From Nocardioidaceae bacterium (GTDB lineage Bacteria; Actinomycetota; Actinomycetes; Propionibacteriales; Nocardioidaceae), in the NCBI GenBank assembly GCA_035557095.1, contig DATMEB010000132.1, positions 8,938-72,937 on the forward strand: 64,000 nt of DNA, in the 5' to 3' direction. The position numbers and the translations under genes were made by a program. The notes beneath the pieces are model-generated. The model ran no database searches and was not told the origin of the DNA. It saw only the letters and a list, made by a program, of their open reading frames with translations. The number at the start of each line of letters is the position of its first letter. Position 1 is the first letter of the stretch. Positions 42,969-51,574 of the stretch are shown in pieces.

Positions 42969-44471
42969 TCAGCGCGTAGTCGTTGCGGCGTCGCGTGCCA
43001 GCAGGTTGGCGACATGCTCGAGATCGGTGCTCAGGGCACGGTCGTCGTCGAGTGCCGGCGAGACGTCACGAATGCACGCACGCAGTGCCGACACCGACTC
43101 GCCGAGCACGAGGTCGTCGCCCAGAAGGTCACAGGCCTGCGCTGCTGCGAGGGCCTCGATCGCCAGGACGTGGCGGTACCAGTCCACGATGTCGATGAGC
43201 CGCAGGGCACAGGTGAAGGCGTTGGTCGAGTGGTCCTCGACCGAGGCTGCTCCCATCCTGGAGTCCACGCTCAGTGGTGCAGCGGCGTGGTGGATGTTGG
43301 CCAGGAGGGCTTGCGCGGTCTTGACGGTGGGGGCGAAGCCGGCACGACCGGCGCCGTGTCGGGTGAGGTTCTCCGGCAGTCCGCTGAGGCCGGGCTCCAG
43401 GAACCGCTGGAGCCGTGCCACCGACGCGGCGGCGGTCTGTGCCACCGCCAACGCCACCTGGTCGCAGGCGAGGGCGAGCAGCGGAGTGTGGAAGTTGCCG
43501 GTCGGCGCGACGCGTCCGTTTAGCACCACCGGGTTGTCGCCGTTGCCGTTCAGCTCTCCGGCCAGCACGTCCGCCAGCGCCTCGACGACATGTTCCAGAG
43601 CGCCATGTGTCGCGGCGACGCAGCGGAACGAGATCGGGTCCTGCAGCCGCCGTCCACGTCCGGTGGCGAGCAGCTCGCCTCCGGCGAGGTGACCCCGGAC
43701 CCGGTCGGCCGCCCGGTGCTGTCCGGGCTGCGGTCGCAACCTCAGCACGGCATCGTCGATGACACCGGTTCCGGCGCGCCAGCCCTCGAAGCTCAGGGCC
43801 ACGACACGAGCGGTCGACTCGAGGACAGCCTCGAGCTGTGTCAGGGACAACGCCGTGGTCCCCGCTGCGAGGGGGCTCGCGCTGCACAGCGCCAGGCCGT
43901 CGCGCCCGTCGAGCTGTACGGGTCGCAGCCCAGCCCGGCGCAGTGCGGTCCCACCGTCCACGCGCGCGCCGAGCACTTCTGCCTCGCCCTCACCGAGCAG
44001 CACCAGACCCACGTGCGCCATCTGCACGAGATCCGATGACCCGATCGACCCGACCCGGGGAACGGTCGGGTGGACCTGCCGGTTCAGCATGTCCCTGAGC
44101 AGGGCTGCGACGTCCGGGGCGATCCCGCTACCGCCGCGGGCGAAGGAGGCGAGGCGGGCCACCATCGCCGCCCGTACGACGGGGGGAGGCAGTGGCGCGC
44201 CCGTCGCGGTCGCCCGCGCGCGCACGGTCCGAAGCCCGGCCGTCGACGCCTCCGCTTCGCCCATCCGAACCTGCGAGCGTGCACCGAGCCCGGTCGTCAC
44301 GCCGTACACGGCTTCGCCCAGGTCGACGCTGCGCTCGACGACCTGCTTCTCCTCTGCCAGGCGCGCCCACACCCCGTGCTCGATCTCGACCTTGCGGCCC
44401 TCTTCGGCGACCGCGGACACCTCGCCGGCAGTGAGGGGTGCCGACCCCAGCAGGACAGTCACGACACTCAT
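42969..44471 (-). CDS. Aromatic amino acid/histidine ammonia-lyase (HAL/PAL) family protein with a disrupted MIO triad
   Basis: Family motifs YGVTTGLG, QDPISFRC, GDNPVV, GNFH and VEDH are present. The MIO region reads GSIGSSDLVQMAH instead of GS[VL]GASGDLxPL[AS]H. Confidence 0.75.
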   Translation of the reverse strand: MSVVTVLLGSAPLTAGEVSAVAEEGRKVEIEHGVWARLAEEKQVVERSVDLGEAVYGVTTGLGARSQVRMGEAEASTAGLRTVRARATATGAPLPPPVVRAAMVARLASFARGGSGIAPDVAALLRDMLNRQVHPTVPRVGSIGSSDLVQMAHVGLVLLGEGEAEVLGARVDGGTALRRAGLRPVQLDGRDGLALCSASPLAAGTTALSLTQLEAVLESTARVVALSFEGWRAGTGVIDDAVLRLRPQPGQHRAADRVRGHLAGGELLATGRGRRLQDPISFRCVAATHGALEHVVEALADVLAGELNGNGDNPVVLNGRVAPTGNFHTPLLALACDQVALAVAQTAAASVARLQRFLEPGLSGLPENLTRHGAGRAGFAPTVKTAQALLANIHHAAAPLSVDSRMGAASVEDHSTNAFTCALRLIDIVDWYRHVLAIEALAAAQACDLLGDDLVLGESVSALRACIRDVSPALDDDRALSTDLEHVANLLARDAATTTR

Positions 44472-44501
44472 GGTGCCGTACGGTGAGGAACCGCCTGGAC
44501 G

Positions 44502-45857
44502 TCAGGCCACGCCACCCGCAGGTACCGAGGCGGGCGCGAAGAGCTGGTTCTCGGGTCGTGCCAGTCCGTAGTGCTCGCGCAGGGTCGTTCCGGAGTAGTC
44601 ACGGCGGAGGAGGCCGCGCTGCTGGAGCAGCGGGACGACGAACTCCACGAAGTCCTCGAGACTCGCCGGCAGCAGCGGCGGCATCACGTTGAACCCGTCC
44701 GCTGCCCCGGACCGGAACCACTCCTCGATCGTGTCCGCGATCCTCTCCGGCGACCCGACGACGACGAAGTGGCCACGGCCGCCGGCGAGCTTGTCGAGCA
44801 GCTCCCGCAGAGTGGGTCGCTCTGATCGTACGAACTCCGCGATGAGGACCGCGCGACTCTGTGCTCCTTGCACGCCCTGCGCGGGAGGGAGGTCTTCGAC
44901 CGAGAGCCGCTGGTCGAGTGCGAGGTGGGACAGGTCTGCACCGCCGAAGCGTGCGGAGAGGTGTGCGAGTCCCACGTCGGCAAGGCTCAGCTCGCGCAGC
45001 TCGTCCTGCAGCTGTCGCGCCTCTGCGTCGGTCGACCCCAGGACGGGCGAGATTCCCGGGAGTACGAGCAGGGAGTCTTCACGCCGGCCCTGGCGGCGTA
45101 CCTCGGCCTTGATGTCGGCGTAGAAGTCCCGGGCCCCGTCGATGTGCATCTGGGCGGTGAAGACCGCCTCGGCGAATCGCGCCGCGAACCGGCGGCCGGG
45201 CCCGGACGATCCTGCCTGCACCAGGACCGGACGTCCTTGCACCGGCCGGGGGATGTTCAGGGGACCGCGGACCTGCTGGTACCTACCTCGGTAGTCGATG
45301 GGGCGCACCCGGGACGGCTCGACGTAGAGACCTGAGACGGGGTCGTCGACGACCGCGTCCTCGGCCCAGCTGTCCCACAGTGCGGTGACGACCTCGACGA
45401 ACTCGTGTGCTCGCTCGTAGCGCTCGTCGTGGTCGTAGCCCTGGCTGCGGCTGAAGTTCGACTCGACGTCCTTCGCCCACGACGTCACGATGTTCCACCC
45501 GACACGCCCGCCACTGATGTGGTCGACCGAGGCGAACTGGCGGGCGAGGTTGAACGGCTCGGTGAAGGTCGCCGAGGCGGTTGCGATCAGCCCGAGCCGG
45601 GAAGTGGCCCCGGCGAGGGCGGCAAGCGTCGTGATGGGTTCCAGCCCGTCCGCCGCCCGGTGCTCGATCTGCTTGTTGAGCACGAGGTGGTCGGCGAGGA
45701 ACATCGAGTCGAACCGGCCGCGCTCGGCGGTGGCGGCCAGCTTCTGGAAGTAGCCGATGTCGGTCAGGGGCTCGCCCGTCGAGCGTGGGTGCCGCCACGA
45801 AGCCTCGTGGTGCCCGCGACCGTGGATGAACAGGTTCAGGTGAAGCTCTCGCGTCAT
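44502..45857 (-). CDS. LLM-class flavin-dependent monooxygenase (NtaA/SnaA/DszA family)
   Basis: MTRELHLNLFIHGRGHHEASWRHP...FDSMFLADH is the characteristic N-terminus. About 450 aa. Confidence 0.85.
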   Translation of the reverse strand: MTRELHLNLFIHGRGHHEASWRHPRSTGEPLTDIGYFQKLAATAERGRFDSMFLADHLVLNKQIEHRAADGLEPITTLAALAGATSRLGLIATASATFTEPFNLARQFASVDHISGGRVGWNIVTSWAKDVESNFSRSQGYDHDERYERAHEFVEVVTALWDSWAEDAVVDDPVSGLYVEPSRVRPIDYRGRYQQVRGPLNIPRPVQGRPVLVQAGSSGPGRRFAARFAEAVFTAQMHIDGARDFYADIKAEVRRQGRREDSLLVLPGISPVLGSTDAEARQLQDELRELSLADVGLAHLSARFGGADLSHLALDQRLSVEDLPPAQGVQGAQSRAVLIAEFVRSERPTLRELLDKLAGGRGHFVVVGSPERIADTIEEWFRSGAADGFNVMPPLLPASLEDFVEFVVPLLQQRGLLRRDYSGTTLREHYGLARPENQLFAPASVPAGGVA

Positions 45858-46627
45858 GCGGGGACCTCCCGGAGGGCCGTGGCCGCCTCGTCGACTCCGA
45901 GCGCAGACAGCAGGAGTCGGCGGTCGTCCAGGCGGCTCTGATGGGTGAAGGGTGTCCTCGGCCGGTGGTCGAGGATGATTCTGCCGTCGTCGAGGACGAG
46001 AATCCGCTCTCCCAGCGAGAGGGCCTCGTCGACGTCGTGTGTCACCAGGACCACGGTGGGCTCGTGGTCGGCGACCAACCGGCGCAGGAGCTCGTGCATG
46101 CGCAGCCTCGTCAGAGCGTCGAGGGCGCCGAACGGCTCGTCGGCCAGGAGCAGCTGGGGCTCGCGCGCCAACGATCGGGCGAGCGCGACGCGCTGCTGCT
46201 CGCCTCCGGAGAGTGCGCTCGGGAAGTCTCCTTCGCGGCCCGCGAGACCCACGTCCTGCAGAGCCGCGGCTGCACGGGCGTGCGCAGCCCGGCCGCGAAG
46301 CCCCAGGGTCACGTTCGTCATGACCGACGCCCAGGGCAGAAGGCGAGAGTCCTGGAAGAGCACAGAGCGTGCCTGGGGAACCGCGATCTGACCTTCGCCG
46401 AGAACGTCGGCGTCAAGGCCGGCGAGAGCACGAAGGAGAGTGCTCTTACCCGACCCGCTGCGGCCGATGAGGCAGACGAACTCGCCGTCGTCGATGGTGA
46501 GCTCGTCGATGCTGAGGGCGGTTCTGTCGTCGTAGCGCCGGGTCAGGCCGTACAACCTCACGTCGCTGGGCCCGGCCTCGGCAGAGGCAGTCGTGCGGCC
46601 ACCGTTGGTCGACCGGTCGATGGTCAT
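45854..46627 (-). CDS. ABC transporter ATP-binding protein, NitT/TauT (SsuB-like) type
   Basis: GRSGSGKSTLL, LSGGEQQRVALARSL, LLADEPFGALD and VTHD. Start at ATG 46627 (ATGA overlap with the permease stop). Confidence 0.9.
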   Translation of the reverse strand: MTIDRSTNGGRTTASAEAGPSDVRLYGLTRRYDDRTALSIDELTIDDGEFVCLIGRSGSGKSTLLRALAGLDADVLGEGQIAVPQARSVLFQDSRLLPWASVMTNVTLGLRGRAAHARAAAALQDVGLAGREGDFPSALSGGEQQRVALARSLAREPQLLLADEPFGALDALTRLRMHELLRRLVADHEPTVVLVTHDVDEALSLGERILVLDDGRIILDHRPRTPFTHQSRLDDRRLLLSALGVDEAATALREVPA

Positions 46628-47502
46628 GATCCGAGTGCCTTTCGATAGGAGAGGGCCCGACGTTGGATGGCCTTCACGATTCCGTCGGAGAGCAGACCCA
46701 TGGCGGCGTACACGACCAGACCCACGACGATCACGTCGGTCTGGCCGAAGTCGCGTGCCCGGTTCATCACGTAGCCGATGCCCTCGGTCGCGTTGATCTG
46801 CTCGAGGACGACCAGAGCCGTCCAGCACATGGTGACGGCGAGCCGGAGACCGGTGAGGAACCCGGGAAGCGCGCCGGGCAACGCAACCCGCCGGATGAAC
46901 TCCGCGCGCCGGACGTCCGTGGTCTGGGCAAGCTCGACGTAGCGCTGGTCGATGCCGCGCAGCCCTGCGTGGGTGTTGATGTAGATCGGTACGAACACGC
47001 TCGCCGCGATCACGGAGACCTTCATGGACTCACCGATCCCCAGCCACAGGATCGCCAGCGGGATCAGCGCCAACGTGGGCACCGCGCGCTTGATCTGGAC
47101 GAGGCTGTCGATGCTTGCCTCACCGGCGCGGGTCAGCCCTGCGAGCAGAGCCGCAACGAGTCCCAGGCCAACTCCGACTGCAAGCCCCAGGTAGGCGCGT
47201 TGCGCGGAGGCGAGCAGATGGGGCAACAGCTCACCCGTCACCATCAGCTCGTAGCCGGTGGTGACGGCCGTCCACGGTGCCGCGAGCTGCTGCGGTGACA
47301 ACAGCCCGATGCTGGAAGCCAGCTGCCACACGACGAGGAGAGCCAGTGGTCCGAACGCAAGTCCCACGGGGCCGAGCTCTCGTGGAGCCAGCCGACGGAG
47401 CCTGATGTGCGACGGCCCCACTCCTTGACGCTCTGCGCTGTCGGCGTCCGGACCCCGTAGCCGCTGATGCGGGGCCAGCTTTGTCGGCGTCCAGGCAGTC
47501 AT
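46624..47502 (-). CDS. ABC transporter permease (SsuC-like)
   Basis: Multi-TM with EAA loop VELAQTTDVRRAEFIRRVALPGA. Confidence 0.85.
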   Translation of the reverse strand: MTAWTPTKLAPHQRLRGPDADSAERQGVGPSHIRLRRLAPRELGPVGLAFGPLALLVVWQLASSIGLLSPQQLAAPWTAVTTGYELMVTGELLPHLLASAQRAYLGLAVGVGLGLVAALLAGLTRAGEASIDSLVQIKRAVPTLALIPLAILWLGIGESMKVSVIAASVFVPIYINTHAGLRGIDQRYVELAQTTDVRRAEFIRRVALPGALPGFLTGLRLAVTMCWTALVVLEQINATEGIGYVMNRARDFGQTDVIVVGLVVYAAMGLLSDGIVKAIQRRALSYRKALGS

Positions 47503-48563
47503 CGTCCCCCCCGGCTCGCGCCGACCTGGTCGACAGCCGCCGCTATAGCGGGGTCGAACTTCGTCACGAACTCCTTGTGCGCATCGAGCTTCTCGGGCAG
47601 GGCACCGGAGCGGTAGATGACGTCGACGGTCTCCTGTTGCAGGGCGATCAGCTTCTGGTCGAGGGGAGGGAACGTGACCTCTCCCTGTGCCTTGACCACA
47701 TTCATGCCGTCAGCGGCGCTGAGCTGCTGCGTGTCGACGTGGTAGGCCTGGACCCACTGCTCCGGGTTGTCCAGCGACCACTGATGGGCGGCCACCCACC
47801 GCTGCACGAAGTCACGGATCGCGGCGGCCTTCGCGTCGTCGGCCAGTGCGCCACCGCGGACGTACAGGTAGTGCAGCCCGTTCGACAGCCCCGACAGCTG
47901 GTCACCTGGAACCGCAGCCGCGCCCGACAGCCCCATGTACCTGGTGAAGTGCGGCTCGTTCAGCGGAGCGACGTCGACCTGGCCGGTCTCGATCGCGTCC
48001 GGGAAGTTCTCGACGTCCAAGGGGACGAGCTCGACATCCTGCTCGGTGAGGCCCGCCTTCTCCAACGCTCTCAGGACGAAGGGTTGACGCCCCGTCCCCT
48101 CGGCGAAGGCGATCTTCCTTCCCTTCAGCTGCTCCAGCCGGTTGATGTCGAGGCCACGCCGCACGGCGAGCTGGTAGTCGGGAGCGCTGGTGCGAAGCGC
48201 GGCGACGATCGGGACGAGCTCTCCCGAGGCCTGGGCCTGGATCGGCGGGGTGTCGCCTACGTAGGCGAGGTCAACGGCGTCGCCACGGATCGCCTCCAGG
48301 ATCTCGGGCCCACCGAGGAAGTTGGCGTACGTCGTGTCGCTGGCAACCTTCTCCTGCTGTCCCGAGGCACGCATGAGCGTTTGCGTCTCCTCGTTCTGGT
48401 CCGCGAAGACCAGCTCAGTGCCGCTCGGCACTTTCGTAGGTAGGGGATCGGACGAGATCGAGGCAAGCGAGGCCTCGTTCTGCGCGCAGCCCGCCAGCGT
48501 TGCGACGAGCATGAGCAGAACGGCGGACACGATGCGCTGGCCCGACTTCGATGTGCGCGGCAT
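47499..48563 (-). CDS. ABC substrate-binding lipoprotein (SsuA/NMT1-like)
   Basis: Lipobox LVATLAGC. Start chosen at ATG 48563 behind GGAGGAG; the track start 48590 is TTG. Confidence 0.75.
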   Translation of the reverse strand: MPRTSKSGQRIVSAVLLMLVATLAGCAQNEASLASISSDPLPTKVPSGTELVFADQNEETQTLMRASGQQEKVASDTTYANFLGGPEILEAIRGDAVDLAYVGDTPPIQAQASGELVPIVAALRTSAPDYQLAVRRGLDINRLEQLKGRKIAFAEGTGRQPFVLRALEKAGLTEQDVELVPLDVENFPDAIETGQVDVAPLNEPHFTRYMGLSGAAAVPGDQLSGLSNGLHYLYVRGGALADDAKAAAIRDFVQRWVAAHQWSLDNPEQWVQAYHVDTQQLSAADGMNVVKAQGEVTFPPLDQKLIALQQETVDVIYRSGALPEKLDAHKEFVTKFDPAIAAAVDQVGASRGGR

Positions 48564-48941
48564 CCAGCTCCTCCAAGTGTTCAAGTTCAAGGCAAGTGGG
48601 GGAGTTCTGCCGTCAGGGAAGTGGGCGCGGTTGCCGAGTCGCGAACCCGTTGATCCCCACGCAGCGCCTGTCGACTCCGCACTAGACCATTTAAGTTGAG
48701 TAAGTTACGCATATTAGGGTGATGGTCGTCAAACCGGTGGTCGGTGTGTCGGCCGGCTTTCGGAGGTTCACCCGGCGGGCGGCTGTCAGCGAGTGGCAGT
48801 GCGTGCGCGAACGACCAGTAGCTCCGCGGTCGTCATGTTGCGAGTCCTGAACGGAGACTGAGACAACCCCTTGACGGACAACTTTTCAGCAGTCCAGGGT
48901 GTATGAAATTTCTCAGTCATGGCGCCGAGAGGAAACTGCAC

Positions 48942-49811
48942 ATGCCGACATCGGTTGAGCACGTTGCTTCGGCTGATGTACGGCACCGGCTGCACGAGCT
49001 GTTCGAAGGGCATCGGCTCTCGCCGGCCCAGCGACGGATCGCGCGCTACCTGCTCGACCATGCGGACGAGGCCGTCTTCCTCACCGGCGGCGATCTGGCC
49101 GGCAAGGTCGGTGTCAGCCAACCTTCGGTCACGCGGTTCTCGGTCGCGTTGGGTTTCGCGGGCTATCCCGATCTTCGAAACGAGCTCAGAGCTCGCGTGC
49201 GCGCGAACTCACAACCTGCTCGCCCCGAGGATGGCGGGGCCGATGTGCTCGGACGTGCGCTGGCGCAGGATGTGCGCGCGCTCGAGGCGTTGGCCGCGAG
49301 CCGAAACACGCGTCAGCTGCATCGGGTGGGCAGGGCACTCGGCAGATCTCGCCCGCTCGCTGTCCTGGCGGTACGGGTGTCGCGACCGATCGCGGAGATG
49401 TTCTGCTACTTCGCACGCAAGGTCCACCCTGACGTGCGGCTGATCACCGACGGTTCTGTTGCCGGAGACCAGCTCGACCAGGCACGGCGGGCGGGAGCCT
49501 CCTGGGTGCTCGCCTTCGGGCTGCCCCGTTACCCGCAGGAGCTCGTCGAGCACCTGGGCTGGGCTCGCGGGATCGGGTTCAAGGTTGCCCTGCTGACCGA
49601 CGACCCGCTCACCCCGCTGGCGGAGCATTCGGACGAGGTCCTGGCCGCCGCCGTCGGTACGGAGCTGGTCTTCGACTCACCGACCGCACCGGTGGCCCTG
49701 GCGATGTGCCTCCTGCAATCGGTGTACGACGCGCTGTCTCCGCAGGAGCAGGCGCGACTTGACGAGTTCGACCAACAGGCAAGCGAACGGGGCCTGTTCG
49801 TGGAGGGGTGA
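48942..49811 (+). CDS. RpiR/MurR-family transcriptional regulator (HTH_6 + SIS)
   Basis: LSPAQRRIARYLLDH...GDLAGKVGVSQPSVTRFSVALGFAGYPDLRNEL plus a SIS-like domain. ATG 48942 preferred, because the first 13 codons from 48903 are AT3-rich. Confidence 0.8.
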   Translation: MPTSVEHVASADVRHRLHELFEGHRLSPAQRRIARYLLDHADEAVFLTGGDLAGKVGVSQPSVTRFSVALGFAGYPDLRNELRARVRANSQPARPEDGGADVLGRALAQDVRALEALAASRNTRQLHRVGRALGRSRPLAVLAVRVSRPIAEMFCYFARKVHPDVRLITDGSVAGDQLDQARRAGASWVLAFGLPRYPQELVEHLGWARGIGFKVALLTDDPLTPLAEHSDEVLAAAVGTELVFDSPTAPVALAMCLLQSVYDALSPQEQARLDEFDQQASERGLFVEG

Positions 49812-49885
49812 CCCAGTGTCGGTGAATCGGTGCCGGTGACCAACGCACGCATCGCAAGGCCGCCAGAGATCTCGGGAGAGGGTCC

Positions 49886-50728
49886 ATGACCGCAAAGCTG
49901 AACTCCGCGCCCGCGGAGCATGCGCCGCCACGCGGCGCCGAAGAGCCCGTCCTGGAGTTCGACGACATCGCGAAGAGCTTCCCCAAGCCACGCGGGGACG
50001 AGGTGCTCAAGGTTCTCGACGGTGTGACCTTCTCCGTCCGGGCGAACCAGTTCACCGCCATCGTCGGTCCGAGTGGATGCGGGAAGTCGACGCTCCTGCA
50101 GCTCGCCACCGGGCTGGACTCTCCCTCGCGGGGTGTCGTGCGCTACCGCGGCGAAGTGGTCACAGACATCAACCGAGAGATCGGCTATATCACCCAGCAG
50201 GCAAACCTGTTTCCCTGGCTCACGCTGTTCAAGAACGTCGAGCTGCCCCTCATCGTCCGCGACGTGCCGAGGGGCGAACGGGCCGATCGCGTGGCGCAGT
50301 ATCTGCGGCTCGCGGGACTGTCCGGGTTCGAGAACCACTATCCCCACCAGCTGTCGGGGGGTATGCAAAAGCGAGCGTCTATCGTGCGCACGTTGATTTA
50401 CGCGCCTCCGCTGGTGGTCATGGACGAGCCCTTCGGCGCCCTGGACGCGCAGACGCGGATGATCATGCACCGCGACCTGTTGCGGCTCTGGGAGGAGCAG
50501 CAGCAGACCGTGGTGTTCGTTACCCACGACCTGCAGGAGGCGGTCACGCTCGCCGACCGTGTCGTGTTGCTGAACCGGCCGCCCACCGGGGTCAAGGCAC
50601 AGGTGGCGATCGACCTTCCCCGCCCTCGGGACGCCTTCGAGCCCTACGCGATGAGCGGGTACGTGGAGACCTACGACCGTGTCTGGGGCATGTTCCGCTC
50701 GGAGGTGATCCCCGATGACAACGCTTGA
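49886..50728 (+). CDS. ABC transporter ATP-binding protein, NitT/TauT type
   Basis: GPSGCGKSTLL, LSGGMQKRASIVRTL, VVMDEPFGALD and VTHD. Confidence 0.9.
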   Translation: MTAKLNSAPAEHAPPRGAEEPVLEFDDIAKSFPKPRGDEVLKVLDGVTFSVRANQFTAIVGPSGCGKSTLLQLATGLDSPSRGVVRYRGEVVTDINREIGYITQQANLFPWLTLFKNVELPLIVRDVPRGERADRVAQYLRLAGLSGFENHYPHQLSGGMQKRASIVRTLIYAPPLVVMDEPFGALDAQTRMIMHRDLLRLWEEQQQTVVFVTHDLQEAVTLADRVVLLNRPPTGVKAQVAIDLPRPRDAFEPYAMSGYVETYDRVWGMFRSEVIPDDNA

Positions 50729-51557
50729 GCAGGAGACGAACGAGGTTCAGGCGGCGCAAACGCCTGACACCGGATCACGTCGTGGGAGCCTCGTCCGACG
50801 GCTGCTGCCCTTGGCTCCCGGAATCGCGTTTCTGCTGTTGTGGCAGTACTCCTCGGGTCGGCTGATCCGCGAGGCGTACATCAGCAGCCCGGTCGCTGTG
50901 GCCAAGCGGCTGTACGAGCTGTTCTCCACGGGGGCCGTCTATCCAGATCTGCAGACCACTCTCACCGAGCTGGTCTCCGGGTACCTGCTCGGTGCACTCG
51001 TCGGCGTGCTGGTCGGCTATGCCTTGGGCAGGTCGGAGCTTCTGGCGCGCATGTTCGAGCCCTACATCCTGGCCGCGTACGGCATTCCGAAGATCGCGTT
51101 CGCACCGCTGTTCATCATCTGGTTCGGCGTGGGGATGTCGTCGAAGATCGCGCTGTCCGCGGCCATGGTGTTCTTCATGGTCTTCTTCAACGTCTACTTC
51201 GGTGTGCGATCGGTGAACCGAGAGCTCGTGGACGTTGCAAACGTGCTGGGCGTTCGCGGCAGACGCCTCACGCAGTACGTCTACCTGCCCGCGACCCTGC
51301 CGTACATCTTCCTCGGTCTGCGCATCGCGCTTCCGTACAGCGTGATCGGGGTCGTGGTGGGCGAGTTCACCTCGGCATCCAGTGGTCTGGGCCTGTACAT
51401 GTACCAGGCGTCGGTGACGTTCGACCCAGCCGGAGTGTTCGCGGGCGTCGCGATTCTGCTGCTCTTCGTGCTGTTCGGTCAGCTGGCGCTCAGCGTGATC
51501 CAAGCGCGCGCCCTGCGCTGGCAGCCGACCTCGACCGGCCGGACCCCCTCGGCCTGA
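50715..51557 (+). CDS. ABC transporter permease
   Basis: Multi-TM with EAA-like loop VDVANVLGVRGRRLTQYVYLPAT. 14-nt overlap with the ATPase gene. Confidence 0.85.
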   Translation: MTTLEQETNEVQAAQTPDTGSRRGSLVRRLLPLAPGIAFLLLWQYSSGRLIREAYISSPVAVAKRLYELFSTGAVYPDLQTTLTELVSGYLLGALVGVLVGYALGRSELLARMFEPYILAAYGIPKIAFAPLFIIWFGVGMSSKIALSAAMVFFMVFFNVYFGVRSVNRELVDVANVLGVRGRRLTQYVYLPATLPYIFLGLRIALPYSVIGVVVGEFTSASSGLGLYMYQASVTFDPAGVFAGVAILLLFVLFGQLALSVIQARALRWQPTSTGRTPSA

Positions 51558-51574
51558 ACTGAAACGGAGATTCA

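Noticed and set aside
48786-49121. 111-aa minus-strand ORF in or overlapping the RpiR upstream region
   Set aside because: It overlaps the RpiR HTH-coding region in antisense. It shows no motifs and no RBS, and has mixed codon usage.
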